In this document: positions 13,058 through 27,434 of the stretch, piece after piece
Layout of the letters: each line of letters begins with the position of its first letter
Position numbering within the stretch: position 1 is the first letter of the stretch
Assembly (NCBI GenBank): GCA_951406725.2
Contig: OX597827.1
Location: forward strand, 83,576,001 to 83,640,000
Origin: Octopus vulgaris
Lineage: Eukaryota
Direction of reading: 5' to 3'
DNA: 64,000 nucleotides
Notes under the pieces: generated by a model
Told to the model about the DNA's origin: nothing
Database searches by the model: none
Seen by the model: the letters and a program-made list of their open reading frames with translations, nothing else
Made by a program: the position numbers and the translations under genes

Positions 13058-13223
13058 ATACATATACCCAGACATACATATACAAATATATATACATATA
13101 CATATACATACACACATACATATACATACACATATATATATACATACATATATATATACATACATACATATATATATATATACATACATATATATATATA
13201 TATACATATATATACATATATAT

Positions 13224-13915
<692 letters not shown>

Positions 13916-13965
13916 CACATACATACATACATATATATATATACATTCATACATATACATATATG

Positions 13966-14272
13966 TGGAGAGGCACAATGGCCCAGTGGTTAGGGTAGCG
14001 GCGGACTCACGGTCGTAGGATCGCGGTTTCGATTCCCAGACCGGGCGTTGCGAGTGTTTATTGAGCGAAAATATCTATAGCTCCACGAGGTTCCAGCAGG
14101 GGGTGGTGGCGATCCCTGCTGTACTCTTTTGCCACAACTTTCTCTCAGTCTTTCTTCTGTTTGCGTGCTCGCTTAGCCAGTGGGGTGGCGTCATTTGAAG
14201 GCTAAAACAATGTGAAGCGCATTGTGACCAGCGATGTGTAGCAACATCTGATATCCTGGTTGGTCACGGTGA
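13966..14272 (+). mobile_element. tRNA-derived SINE, near full length
   Basis: A box TGGCCCAGTGG and B-box-like GGTTTCGATTCC; body shared with 18062-18225 and 2325-2502. Confidence 0.85.
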
Positions 14273-14298
14273 CATATACATATATACATGCATACACA

Positions 14299-14336
<38 letters not shown>

Positions 14337-14392
14337 CATACATACGCACATATATACATATATATATATATATATATACACATACATACACA

Positions 14393-14428
<36 letters not shown>

Positions 14429-14441
14429 CACATACATATGC

Positions 14442-14484
<43 letters not shown>

Positions 14485-14591
14485 CATACATATGCATATA
14501 TATATACATACACATGCATATATATATATACATACACATACATATGCATATATATATATACACATACATATATACACATACATACATATGC

Positions 14592-14626
<35 letters not shown>

Positions 14627-14721
14627 ATGTATATACATACATACATACACATGCATATATATACATACATACATATATATTTATATACAAATACATATAT
14701 ATACACATACATACATACATA

Positions 14722-14757
<36 letters not shown>

Positions 14758-14872
14758 CATACATACATACATATACATATATATATACAAATACATATAT
14801 ATATATACATATATATATACATATACATACATATATACATATACATACATATACATACATATATACATATAC

Positions 14873-14907
<35 letters not shown>

Positions 14908-14922
14908 TAGATATATATATAC

Positions 14923-14977
<55 letters not shown>

Positions 14978-14994
14978 TACATATGCATATATAT

Positions 14995-15057
<63 letters not shown>
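14272..15057. repeat. About 790-bp compound (TA)/(TACA)/(TATGCA) microsatellite
   Basis: Visible repeat. Confidence 0.97.
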
Positions 15058-15059
<2 letters not shown>

Positions 15060-15378
15060 CCAGATTTTATTTAATTTGCATTGCAGGAAGGATTGTTTCA
15101 AAGAAGTCGTGTCTCGCCCTTACCTTCCAAACACGGAGTAGACGAAGCAGGGGTGGCTGAAGAAGGGGAATTTTCCTTGTGTTGTATGTCTTGTACTCTG
15201 ATTTTTTGTTGTTAAAAAAATGTCCGTTTCCATGGTTTTGTTTTTATGTTTTTGTTTCTCATTGCGTTCGACGTTTTTTTGGTGTCCTGTACCCATATAT
15301 GCATGTATATATATATATAGATGTAGGTACGTACATATATGTATGTATATATACATATGTTTGATTTATTATTTTGTT
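15058..15378. mobile_element. Unclassified repeat family, second copy at 59490-60078
   Basis: Shared gcaggaagga...ccttc.aaac..gagtaga.gaa...ctgaagaagggg...gttcgacgt...ggtgtcctgtac. Confidence 0.7.
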
Positions 15379-15849
15379 ATATATATATATATATAGATAC
15401 ATACCTACATACATACATACATACATATGCATTTACACATATATATACTGTTTGTAAACATCTCTCATACACACACTCCAAGACAGAAGATGATGAATGG
15501 AAAAGTTAGTCATTTCCCTCAAATTCTGTATAAATACTGAAATATATTTCCTTCTGTATTTTTATGCTTCTTATACAACCATGGTTTTTGATAAACTTAA
15601 AATAGTTATAAATTTATTTTACTCCCTATTTTGAACACTTTCATGCAAACTGTTTAAACAAAAAGCCCTTCTTTACATTGCCTTACCATTTTCTAAGACT
15701 GTATAACTGTATTTTAATACAATCGTGATAACCCTTTTTTAACACAACAAAGCTTATACAAAACTTTACATTTTACTTTTGATAATCTTTTTTTATAATA
15801 AGTGAAACCGGTGAAGTCAATAAACATCTGAAGTCAATACATATATCTG

Positions 15850-15975
15850 ACAGGTTTCTTTCAGTTTCCCTCTCCCGAATCTAGTGACACAGCTTTGGTT
15901 GACTTGGATTGCAGGCAGAAGACATTCATCCAAAGTGCCATGATGTAGAACGGAACCTGAAACCAGATGGTTGGG
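15850..15975 (-). mobile_element. Degenerate SINE (family of 30880)
   Basis: Reverse-complement similarity to 30900-31040. Confidence 0.55.
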
Positions 15976-16032
15976 ATGTATGTATGTATAAATGCATGTA
16001 TGCTTATATGTATGTAGATGTGTGTGTGTTGT

Positions 16033-16373
16033 GAAGGCGCATGGCCCAGTGGTTAGGGTGTCAGGCTTACAATCATGCGGTTGTGAGTTTGATTCCCAGA
16101 CCCGGCTGTCTGTTGTGCTCTTGAGCAAGACACTCTATTTCACATTGCTCCAGTTCACTCAGCTCTGGAAATGAGTTGCAAAGTCCCTGGTGCCAAGCTG
16201 TCTCGGTGTTTGCCTTTCCTTTGGATATCATCGATGGTATGGAGGGGGGAGGCCGGTATGCAAGGGCAACTGCTGGTCTTCCATAAACAGCCTTGCCCAG
16301 ACTCGTGTATTGGAGGGGAACTTTCTAGGTGCCATCCCATGGTCTGTGTCATGACAGAAGTGGGTCTTTACCC
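16033..16373 (+). mobile_element. tRNA-headed SINE with a different body
   Basis: TGGCCCAGTGGTTAGGG A box and GAGTTTGATTCC B box, then cttgagcaagacact. Confidence 0.8.
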
Positions 16374-17980
16374 TATATGTGTGTATTTTTTGGTGGAAGA
16401 TGTAAATATGAGCCACAAAACCTAACAAGACATCAGATGAAAACCCCTGTTGTGTTATTTGATCTTCCCAAGTTCCCCATACAATCCCTTGCCAGTGGTA
16501 ACATCTTCAATCCAGCCAACCAATGGTTGGATTCCCTATAATCAAAGCTGATTTATAACGAATTATTTGGGGAGGAGGAGGGAGGAAGTGAAATAAAGGA
16601 TTGGGTTAGTTCTAAGACCAGAGACTGAATATCAAAGGTTGGGAACTTCCAAAGTTAATTAGGGAATTAGGGTGTCTTAAGGGAGCTGAAAAGGGTTCAA
16701 GATTTATTTATTAAAGCTCAAGAGTAAACTAGAGAAATTAGGGTTGTTATAGGGGTATAGTTTTCTTTTTTTCTTCAGGTATCTAAAGGTGAAATAGTTT
16801 AATAGTAACTACTTTGGTGTGTTGTACTTAGCGTTCAACTGTTGATGGGGCCACTCTGGGACCAACAAAATAAGTACCAGTCATACTGGAGTAAAGTATA
16901 TTATTTTTTTTTCTCTTTCATTCAGAATTTTGGAAATGTGTTCCCTAGAGAGAAATCAATATTTTGGGGAGGATCTTTAAGGACCTTGTTGCACAGTGTG
17001 AGAGAAGTTACAGGGCCTACCTGAGAACCCTTTAAACCACCTCTTGTCCAAGTCTCAGAGTGGTGCTGCAAGATTTTTAACAAAGCTAGAAATCTGTGAA
17101 GAACTGCTGTGTTTGTAGCAATAGTAGAGAGAGAGGGTGGGGGGAAGAGGGAAGAAAGTAAGAGTGGCTGTGGGGAGGTGATGGGGGGGAGTGGAAGAGC
17201 AAGAGGGAGAAGTGATGCGTGGGAGAGACAAAGTCAGAAAGGAGGAGGGGGAAGAGTAGGAGGAGGAGGAGGAGGAAGCAGGTTTTTTTTGCAAATCAAT
17301 ATCTGTGCATACGCTCCAGTGGATTAGTCAGGAATAAGATGTATGAGGATGTGCAGGGGATCAATAACTTGTGAGCAGATTAGTAATAGGATAGTTTTCG
17401 TGTGGCAGCTGTGAGGAGGTGAGAAGCCATCAGCATCGTCATTTACTGTAATTGTCTCTTCTCACTTTAGACATAACCTGTTCAGTGACCAGCATCAATG
17501 AGAGACTCTTTATGTGGTCACAAGACCAGGTAGAAATGACAGCCATGTGCTCTATTCTCTTATAAAAAAAAAGGACAGACATTGTAAAATGTAATCCTAG
17601 ATATGTAAATAGATGGGAGGGTCACATTTAGAGTGCCTTTGCTGATAGGCCTGCTCACTCAAGCTCAACCTTTGGCTAAAAAAAATATTTTTTTGGCTAA
17701 AAATTAAAAACTCAAAAAATATATATTTTTTTATTACTGAGAGCTGAATATAACCTCTCCCCCCCCCACCTATGTCGTTTCACAAAATTCTACAGCAAAC
17801 TCACTGGTTTCCAGTTTCTGCCAGTCACATGGTGTTTTTGGTGAAGTGATGATGACAGAAGGGTGTGTGGAGGGGTGGGGTGGATCACCTCTCTCCAGAT
17901 TTCTGATTTCAAGTTTGCAAGAGACACACACACATACACGCTTAAATTTACACTTCCATGTATTTATCTGTATAAATATG

Positions 17981-18061
<81 letters not shown>

Positions 18062-18225
18062 TGGAGGCGCAATGGCCTAGTGGTTCGGGCAGCGGACTTG
18101 CGGTCGGAGGATCGCGGTTTCGATTCCCAGACCGGGCGTTGTGTGTGTTTATTGAGCGAAAACACCTAAAAGCTCCACGAGGCTCCGGCAGGAGGTGGTG
18201 ATCCCTGCTGTACTCTTTCACCACT
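18062..18225 (+). mobile_element. tRNA-derived SINE, 5' half
   Basis: Closely similar to 13966-14135; CpGs retained, suggesting a young copy. Confidence 0.85.
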
Positions 18226-18270
18226 CTAAAGGCGGTGCTCCAGCATAGCCGCAGTCAAATGACTGAAACA

Positions 18271-18304
<34 letters not shown>

Positions 18305-18509
18305 CTCTTTACTCTTTTACTTGTTTCAGTCATTTGACTGCGGCCATGCTGGAGCACCGCCTTTAGTCGATCAAATCGACCCCGGGACTTATTCTTTGTA
18401 AGCCCAGTACTTATTCTATCGGTCTCTTTTGCCGAACCGCTAAGTGACGGGGACGTAAACACACCAGCATCGGTTGTCAAGCAATGCTAGGGGGACAAAC
18501 ACAGACACA

Positions 18510-18567
<58 letters not shown>

Positions 18568-18700
18568 AACATATATACGACTCACAAGGCATTGGTCGGC
18601 CCGGGGCTATAGCAGAAGACACTTGCCCAAGATGCCACGCAGTGGGACTGAACCCGGAACCATGTGGTTGATAAGCAAGCTACTTACCACACGGCCACTC
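18305..18700 (-). mobile_element. tRNA-headed SINE with internal CA/TA microsatellite
   Basis: Head at 18580-18700 matches the reverse complement of 30890-31010; 3' domain at 18305-18510. Confidence 0.8.
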
Positions 18701-18705
18701 CTATA

Positions 18706-19290
<585 letters not shown>

Positions 19291-19519
19291 CTCTGACTGT
19301 AATGAAATCTATATATGTAACTGCTTTCCAAAACAGACATACACTTAATTTTAATAACTCCAAGGAAATTATAAGCTGTTGCACAAGCACTCAGCACAAT
19401 GCTTCTTATAGCAGAAACAGTTTTAAGCTAATGAAGTTAACTTCAAATTCCTACTCCACTGTCATTCAATTTCTCTCTCTCTCTCTATGTACATATGTAC
19501 GTACCTACCTACCTACCTA

Positions 19520-19586
<67 letters not shown>

Positions 19587-19986
19587 CATTAATAAATCTC
19601 CGAACGAGATATAAACAGTAACCGCTCAACAACGTATATATATATATATATATGTACATATATATAACAAAGGTAAATTTCCAAAAATGGTTAATAGGAA
19701 TATATAATCCAAGTGAGTACCATGCTTGCTCTTATCAACCTGTAGACAAACCTGTAGACGAACCTTATCAACCTGTAGACGAACCCCGGTTAGTTAACTT
19801 TACTATACTCGATAAATCCTCCCTTTGGTAAATCCAGACTTTCTTTGTAGAGATGCATGGTGATGGCAGAGAAGAAATAATAAATGAATAAATATCAGAA
19901 CAGAGATTGAACTCAGCCAAGTTTTATTTGACAGTTAATCCTATCTTTCTTTATAAATCTCTGTTCCCCTGATATTTATTCATTTA

Positions 19987-21368
19987 TACGGATACAGTCA
20001 CCTGCATTGTAAACCAGGTAGTTCATGATGAAGTCATACCCAACGACTGGCGTAGCGGCACCATAGTCAACTGCTACAAGGGTAAAGGCGATGCTCTAGA
20101 TAGAAATAACTACAGGGGTATCAAACTGCTGGATCAGGCGAAGAAGGTCATGGAGAGGGTCATAGCCCAACTAATTAGGGAGAGAGTCTGCTTAGATGAG
20201 ATGCAGTTCAGTTTTGTCCCAGGTAGAAGTACCACTGATGCTATATCCCTGGTATGGCAACTGCAGGAGAAATACCTAGTCAAAGATAAGCCCCTATAAT
20301 TGGCTTTGTGGACTTGGAGAAAGCCTTTGACCCCTTTCCCCTGATCCCTTATCTGATGGGTGATGTGGAAACTAGGGATTGACAAATGGTTAATAAGGGC
20401 TGTACAAGCCCTATACAGAGATGACATTAGTAAGGTTAGGGTTGCCAATGAGTATAGTGAAGAATTCCAGGTAGAAGTAGGGGTCCACCAAGGATCAGTC
20501 CTCAGCCCCCTCTTATTCATCATAGTCCTCCAGGCAATAACAGAAGAATTCAAGACAGGCTGCCCCTGGGAGCTCCTCTATGCTGATGACCTTGCTCTAA
20601 TAACTGAGTCACCGCCATAACTAGAGAAAAAGTTTAGGGTGTGGAAGCAAGGTTTAGAGTTGAAGGGCCTTAGAGTCAATCTAGCAAAGACCAAAGTTCT
20701 AGTAAGTAGGAAAGTGAACTCATCACACACCCCCTCAGGTAGGTGGCCCTGCTTGATCTGTAGAAAAGGCATAGGTAGAAACTTCATAAGATGTACCCAG
20801 TGTAAGCTATGGATACAAGAGGTGCAGCAACATCAAAGAAGATTAACCGAGAAGATAGCTTTCATGTGCAGCAGATGCAAAGGGATAATAAACACCGCAG
20901 ATGCTCAGAAAACAGATTCCATCACACTCCAGGGGAAGAAACTTGAAATAGTTGATAGCTTCCACTACCTAGGTGACCAAGTTAGTAGTGGGGATGAATG
21001 CTCAGAGAGTGTTACCACTAGAATAAGAATAGCCTGGGCACAGTTTAGAAAGCTTCTACCCTACTGGTTACAAAGGGTCTCTCACTCAGAGTGAAAGGTA
21101 GATTGTACGATGCATGTGTGTGAACTGCCATGCTTCACGGTAGTGATACATGGGCCATGACTGCGGAGGACATGTGTAGACTCAGAAGAAATGAAGCTAG
21201 TATGATCCGCTGGACGTGTAATGTCAGTGTGCACGCATGACAGAGTATAAGCACCCTGAGAGAAATGTTGGACATAAGAAGCATCGGATGTGGCGTGCAA
21301 GAGAGACGTCTGAGCTGGTAGGGTCATGTACTATGGATGGATGAGGAGAGCTGTGTGAAGAAGTGCTA
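19987..21368 (+). mobile_element. RTE-clade LINE RT fragment with PHD-like finger
   Basis: GVHQGSVLSPLLF, LLYADDL, WPCLICRKG..CTQCKLW, FHYLG; stops and frameshifts present. Confidence 0.93.
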
Positions 21369-21811
21369 CTAGATGCTTTTTATGTGACACCAGCACTGGC
21401 AGGGTCACCAAGTAACTTGCAAGATAAAGGAGACTTTGAGTGGGGCAGGGGATTGGAGGAGGGGATCTTGTGTCAGATGATGAAAGGTTAGAGAGTGACA
21501 GAGAGACAAGAAGGCAAAAACAGGCGTTTTGCTATAAAGGAGGTACACAATTACCCGGCAAGAGAGAGAGGGCGAAGGAAGAGAGAGAGGAGAAAGAGAG
21601 GAAAGGAAGAGAGAGGGAAAGGAAGAGAGAGAGAGAGGGTGCAGAGAGGGAGAGAGGGGGAAGTGAGAGGTAACTAGAAAGTGGAGAGGAACAAGTGTGC
21701 TGATATAAAGGAGGTACTTGGTTACCTGGCCAGAAGGAAAAGCAAGAGAAGGAGAAAGAAGTGAACAAGAATGAGAGCAGAAATAGATATGCTGCTGTAG
21801 AGGAGATACAT

Positions 21812-21895
<84 letters not shown>

Positions 21896-22329
21896 GGAAA
21901 CAGCAAAAGTGCAAGAGAGAGCAGGAGGAGAGAGAGATGATGGTGAAGTGCCAGGGTATACTCACAAGTAACAAGGATCAGAGCATAGATGTGATGGTAG
22001 AGTAAAGAAAAGAGAGATAAATGGTGGCAATTGCTGGGACATGCCCTTAAGGTATGGAGGTCATAATATATGCAGTCAGGTATTACCAAGAAGGCACAAG
22101 TAAGAAGTGAGGATTGCAGTGAGTAGCGAAAATCTGGGTCTCAAGATGGGGTGGGGAAAGCTGTGAAGGCAAGGAAGAGGAGAGGGAGACAATCATAGTT
22201 TATAAGAGGAAATGTGAGGAAGAGAAGAGATGCAGTTTAGTTTCTTGGAGAAGTTTATTGTTGCATGTGGGTGGGACACAATGCTTCTGGCACTCAGACA
22301 TGGGCAGGTCTTCTCTAGACCCTCATATC

Positions 22330-24499
22330 ACCAAACATCTCAGTCTCCATTGTCAGTTCCTAACATCCTGAGATCAGTCCTCACCACTTCATCCCATCTC
22401 TCCCTCTTCCACACGCAACATCCACTTTCATATACAGCTGTCTTTACTCGTACGCATCTCAAGTCCAAACGCATTCTCCTCTCCTGCATGCCACATTTAA
22501 TTCCTCTTATGCCTAACTTTTCTCTCAGCACAGTTGCTCTTTGTCATACATGCACACTGATGTTACACATCCAGCAGAGCATGCTACATTCATTCCTCTC
22601 CACTCTATGCCTATCCTCCACATTCAGAGCCCATGTCTCACTGCCATGGAGTATAACCATTCATATACAAGCATCATACAATCTACCTTTCACTCTAAAA
22701 GAGAGTCCTCTTGCAGCCAACAGTGGTAGTTGCTCTCTGAACTTCCTCCATCCTATTCTTATTCTAGAAACAATACTTTCAGAGCATCCACCACCATTAC
22801 TAATTTGGTCACCTAAGTAGCAGAAACTATCTACTACCTTAAGAGAGACTCCTGGGCATTTGAGAGGGTCTAAGTCCTGCTTATTGTTCCTGCACATCTG
22901 CCACACATGAAAGCCACCTGTTAACCTACCTGCAATTCCATTGCTCCTCTTATGCATCCATTGCTTATATTGAGTGCAGCGAATGGAATTACTTCCCACT
23001 CCTTTCCTACATATTGAGCAGGGCCATTTACCTGGTGGAAAGAGTGTCTTATCTGCTTTCTTACAAACAACAACTGGACTTTAGTAGGTTAACTTTAAGG
23101 CCATTTGATCTGGTTTTGAATTCCTCTGTTATGGCCTGGAGAACTATGATGATTAAGAGTGGACTAAAAACTGATCCCTAGTGAACTCCAACATGTACGT
23201 GGAATTCATCTCTGTATTTATGGCCAACTCTCACCTTACTCACAACAGTACTGTACATGGCTTGTACAGCTCTAACAAGCCATTCCTCTTCTCTTAACTT
23301 CTTTAGAGACCACCAGATAAGAGAGTGGAGAACCCTGTCAAAATCTTTCTCCAGGTTGACAAAAACTAAGAACAATGGCTTACTTTTGGCCAAATACTTT
23401 TCCTGAGGTTGTCTCACTAGTAAGGTAGCATCTCTGGTACTTTTCTCAGGAACAAAACCAAACTGCACCTCATCTAGTTTAATTCTATTCCTAATCAATT
23501 GAGCTATAACTCTCTCTAATTTTCATGACCTTGTCCAGTAGTTTGATACCTCTGTAGTTGTTTTTATCCAAGGTATCACCTTTACCTTTGTAGCAGCTAA
23601 CTATAATACTACACCAGTCATTGGGGATGACGTCTTCCTGAATAACCTGATTAACTATACAGGTGACTAGGCTGTATCCTACAGTGCTGAAAATTTTGAT
23701 CATCTCAGCAGTGATAGCTGATGGTCCAGAAATGCTCCCAGCCTTTCTATCCTTAATTGCCTTATTATAGTGCTGTCAACTCTGATGGCTGGTCCCTCAG
23801 TTGGTTCTATATTTGAAAGACTCTCCTTCTTCCAATTGCTCTCCACATTTAACAACCTTTCATAATGGCATCTCCACGCATCTTTCTTCTCTGAGTCACT
23901 AAACGCAAGCATACCATTCTCCACTCACACATTTCTCACCCACCACATCTCTATTCTCTCTGATACACTGCTTTGTAATCCTAAATACCTTGTGCCTCTG
24001 ATCCTAATGCTGTAGAACATTGACAAACCTCTTAACTTCTGCTATTCCTTTTGCTCTGTAAACCTGTTGCCTTGCCTCCCTGCTGGCTCTCTGACATAAT
24101 ACTCTGCTTCTACAATCTTCCCAAGTTTGTCTCTTTGCTTTTATGGCACTGTCCACCGCCTTATTCTACCACCATGTCACCCTTGGCCTAGCTGCGACTT
24201 TGCACCAGTCACAGATTTGGTCAGCAGCACCCAGTAAATTGTCCCACAGGAACTTCCAGTTATCCTCTAAGCTATATGTCCCTTCCTCCCACTCCTTGCT
24301 ATCATCAGAGGCTTCCAGTAGAATGTCTCTAAATTTTTGTTGGTCTGCTGGGTCCTTGAGCTTCCATAATCTTCTTTTTCAGAATGGTTTATTTCTCAGA
24401 GTCTTTCAAACCCTAATTCTGAGGTCTCTAACTAGGAGCCTATAATGCTCTGTACACTCTGCACCTGGGAAACACTTCACATTTCTGAGCATCAGCCTA

Positions 24500-24502
<3 letters not shown>
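22330..24502 (-). mobile_element. Older RTE-clade LINE copy, from endonuclease C-terminus to ORF end
   Basis: NYRGIKLLD, QFGFVP, FDRV, FCYLG motifs; internal deletion near 23110. Confidence 0.9.
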
Positions 24503-24544
<42 letters not shown>

Positions 24545-24559
24545 ACCAAATGATTGCCC

Positions 24560-24836
24560 AGAATATTGGATGCTGTTACACGTCACTGATTACAATGCGC
24601 TTTGTATTGTTTTAGCTTTCGAAGGATGCCACCCTGCTGGCTAGATGAGCAGGCCAACATTCACCCTGATTGGAAGGCTGGTCCGCCATAAAGTGACCCA
24701 TTTAAAGCTGAGCAGACTGGAGCAACCCTGAAATGAAGTGTTTTGCTCAAGAACACAACACGTTGCTTGGCCCTGGAATGAAACCCACAATCAAGGGATT
24801 ATGAGTGCAACTCCTGAATCCCTAGGCCACATGCCT

Positions 24837-24840
<4 letters not shown>
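24560..24840 (-). mobile_element. tRNA-headed SINE
   Basis: Minus-strand head gaaggcatgtggcctagggattcagg, followed by ttgagcaaaacact. Confidence 0.65.
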
Positions 24841-24896
<56 letters not shown>

Positions 24897-26480
24897 AATA
24901 ATCATATATATTATATAGCGAGAGAGAGACACACACGCACACACATGCATGATGAACTTACACACAATTTCAGTCAACCAAATTCCTCTCACAAAGCATT
25001 GTTCAATGTGAGATTACAGTAATGGACCCTTGTTTAAGGTTCTTTACAGAGTAATTGAACCCAGAACTGTATGGCTGTGAAACCATACACTTCTTAACCA
25101 TACACTCATGTCTGCTTGAAAAAACTGGACCAAGAAGTCATACCAAGTGAATGGGAGGCAGTTTCTAGAGACACTCTTTAGTTGTTCTTCCTGCTGGCAA
25201 AGAGACAATTCCACAGACTTCAATAATGTTATTTCTTTGTTATACAACCATTGTTTACTTTATATTCACTTGAATTGGTCAAACTAACCTGGAATCTGCT
25301 CAGGTGAAAGAAGACTCACCAAATCTCATTCTAATTACCTAAAAATTAATTTCATTTTCAAGCCAACCAATTAAGTGAGCAAATTGAAGAAAGGCCATTA
25401 ACAAAGTACAGCATTCACCATTTCCAACTGATTGGTACCAAGTCACTCAACAGCTCCCCCCACCACCACCCCATGCCTAATGTGATGTTTCCTTTCTCTC
25501 TACTTTTTCTAGCATTCTCTCACCCTCACTTGTCTCTTCCTCCCATATTGTGCTCACTTCTTCCACCCCAGAATGTCATCCTTCTGGAAGTCTCCCCCTG
25601 CAGCAATTCAAGACAATCATTAATCACCTTGATTTAACCAGAAACTGCATTCATGATCATCTCTGACCCTTTACATGAAGGGGTTTCTAAATGAACACAA
25701 GCTTTTCCTCCAGAACAGACAACTAACCTCCCCCACAAACCAACCAAACATTTTTCCTTTGCAGTTATTTGCTTCAGACAGCCCCTATGGCATACAATAA
25801 ATTAGGATTTAGGGCTCAGCTTGAAAATTTCTCCAATTCATATAAAATTAAATCACAGCTTTCAGCTCCTTTTAAGTTTTATTGGAGAAACTAAGCCCCT
25901 TACTAAACTGACCAGAAGACATCATTTCTTGAAATACCCTTAGAATTACTTAATACAGGAGCAGACAATACCCAGCCAAAGACTTGTTGGTAATAGGGGT
26001 AGATAATGTCTCTAGTTAGAATTATTGGCTGTGGGTAGATAATACCTAAATTTATTGGTTCTATGGGTAGATGAAATTATATGAACATTTGGTTGCTAAG
26101 AAACCATCCTCTTCATATCACACTGCATTCACTTCTCTTCCAAATTAACTTTATGATCTTACATGATAACCATATCTAGAAATATTGATTTTTCCTCTGC
26201 TTTGGATTGCAGGTAGATTCTCTGGTCTTTTCTCGATTAGAAAGATTATGCTACACAAGACACAACTACCAACGGAATTACTATTATTACACATTTTATT
26301 ACACTCTGGCAGCAGAAATGGTTCTGACCTCAAGAAATTCACTTTCAAAGTATATTTTTTCAGGCTTAATCTCACTATATGGTCCCTAGGACAAATGTCT
26401 TTCAGCGTAGCCCCAGGTCAACCAAAGCCCTTGCGAGTGAAGCTTTGTTGACAGAAATTATATGAAAGCTCCTCACATAC

Positions 26481-26571
26481 ATTATTTACATTTGACGGAT
26501 ATTTATCTTCATCTTGTTTGTTGTTAACACAACATTTTGGCTGAGATACCCTCCAGCCTTCATCAGGTGTC
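26481..26571 (-). mobile_element. 3' fragment of the hammerhead-tailed SINE
   Basis: GACAC-CTGATGA-A-GGCTG-loop-CAGCC-AAAAT-GTT-GTGTT; homologous to 59344-59434. Confidence 0.8.
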
Positions 26572-27033
26572 ATCTATCTATCTATCTATAGTGGTGTGTA
26601 TGTTTATGTGTGTGTGTGTATGTTTATATGTGTGTGTATGTGTATGCATTAATTGATGTGGGACGAATGGCAAGACATGAAAATAATGACACTTGAAACT
26701 TCAAACAGATATTCAGATAATACAAGCTGATGAGAGAGCCTCCATGCAATCCCTCAACCTGCTGAAAATAGCAGCCAAATCTGCATCAAGTAACAGGCTC
26801 TATCAAGGACATATTTGATAATGTATAGATTCAAACCCCAATTGCAAGGTATTCAGTTAGGGGCACGTTTCAAGTGATTGATCCATAAATCAACCAATCC
26901 CTATGAAACTGTGCCATGATAGAGCTTCTCAGATGATCTAAAATCCTTCTAATTTTCACTCTATTAGAACCTTGTGGCCCCTAACTCAGCCAGACGGCCT
27001 CGGGCATTTGTGCAGGACACCTTGGATACTCAC

Positions 27034-27418
27034 AGTGGACAAGCCACTAAGACCAGACCACTGTGGATGTTCACAGATGACATATTGACAGCTAGCCATC
27101 TACAAGACACTGAGTGGTTCTTTCGTCTCGGTCTATGGCTTTCTTTTGTCAGCATCTTTCTTTTGTCGAGAGCCAGCAGAGTAAATCACGTCCATCAATA
27201 AATATGTTAAAAGTTTATGAGTTGCTTCATTGAATCTCTACGAGCCAGCGAGAACACATGATGACAGTCTTCTACAATGCAACACACACCGACAAGCGAC
27301 CACCACAACGATGGTGACAAAGCAACATCACAACAACAACAAAGACCTGATGTGCCTCGAAGAAAGATCAATTGATTGACTTTGATTACAGATCTGATTG
27401 GTGAGTTCAAATTTAGAA
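27034..27418 (-). other. Candidate 385-nt exon
   Basis: Acceptor cttcttgctgttgttgttcag| and donor |gtgagtat; unique CpG-containing sequence; no long ORF. Confidence 0.5.
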
Positions 27419-27434
27419 CTGAACAACAACAGCA

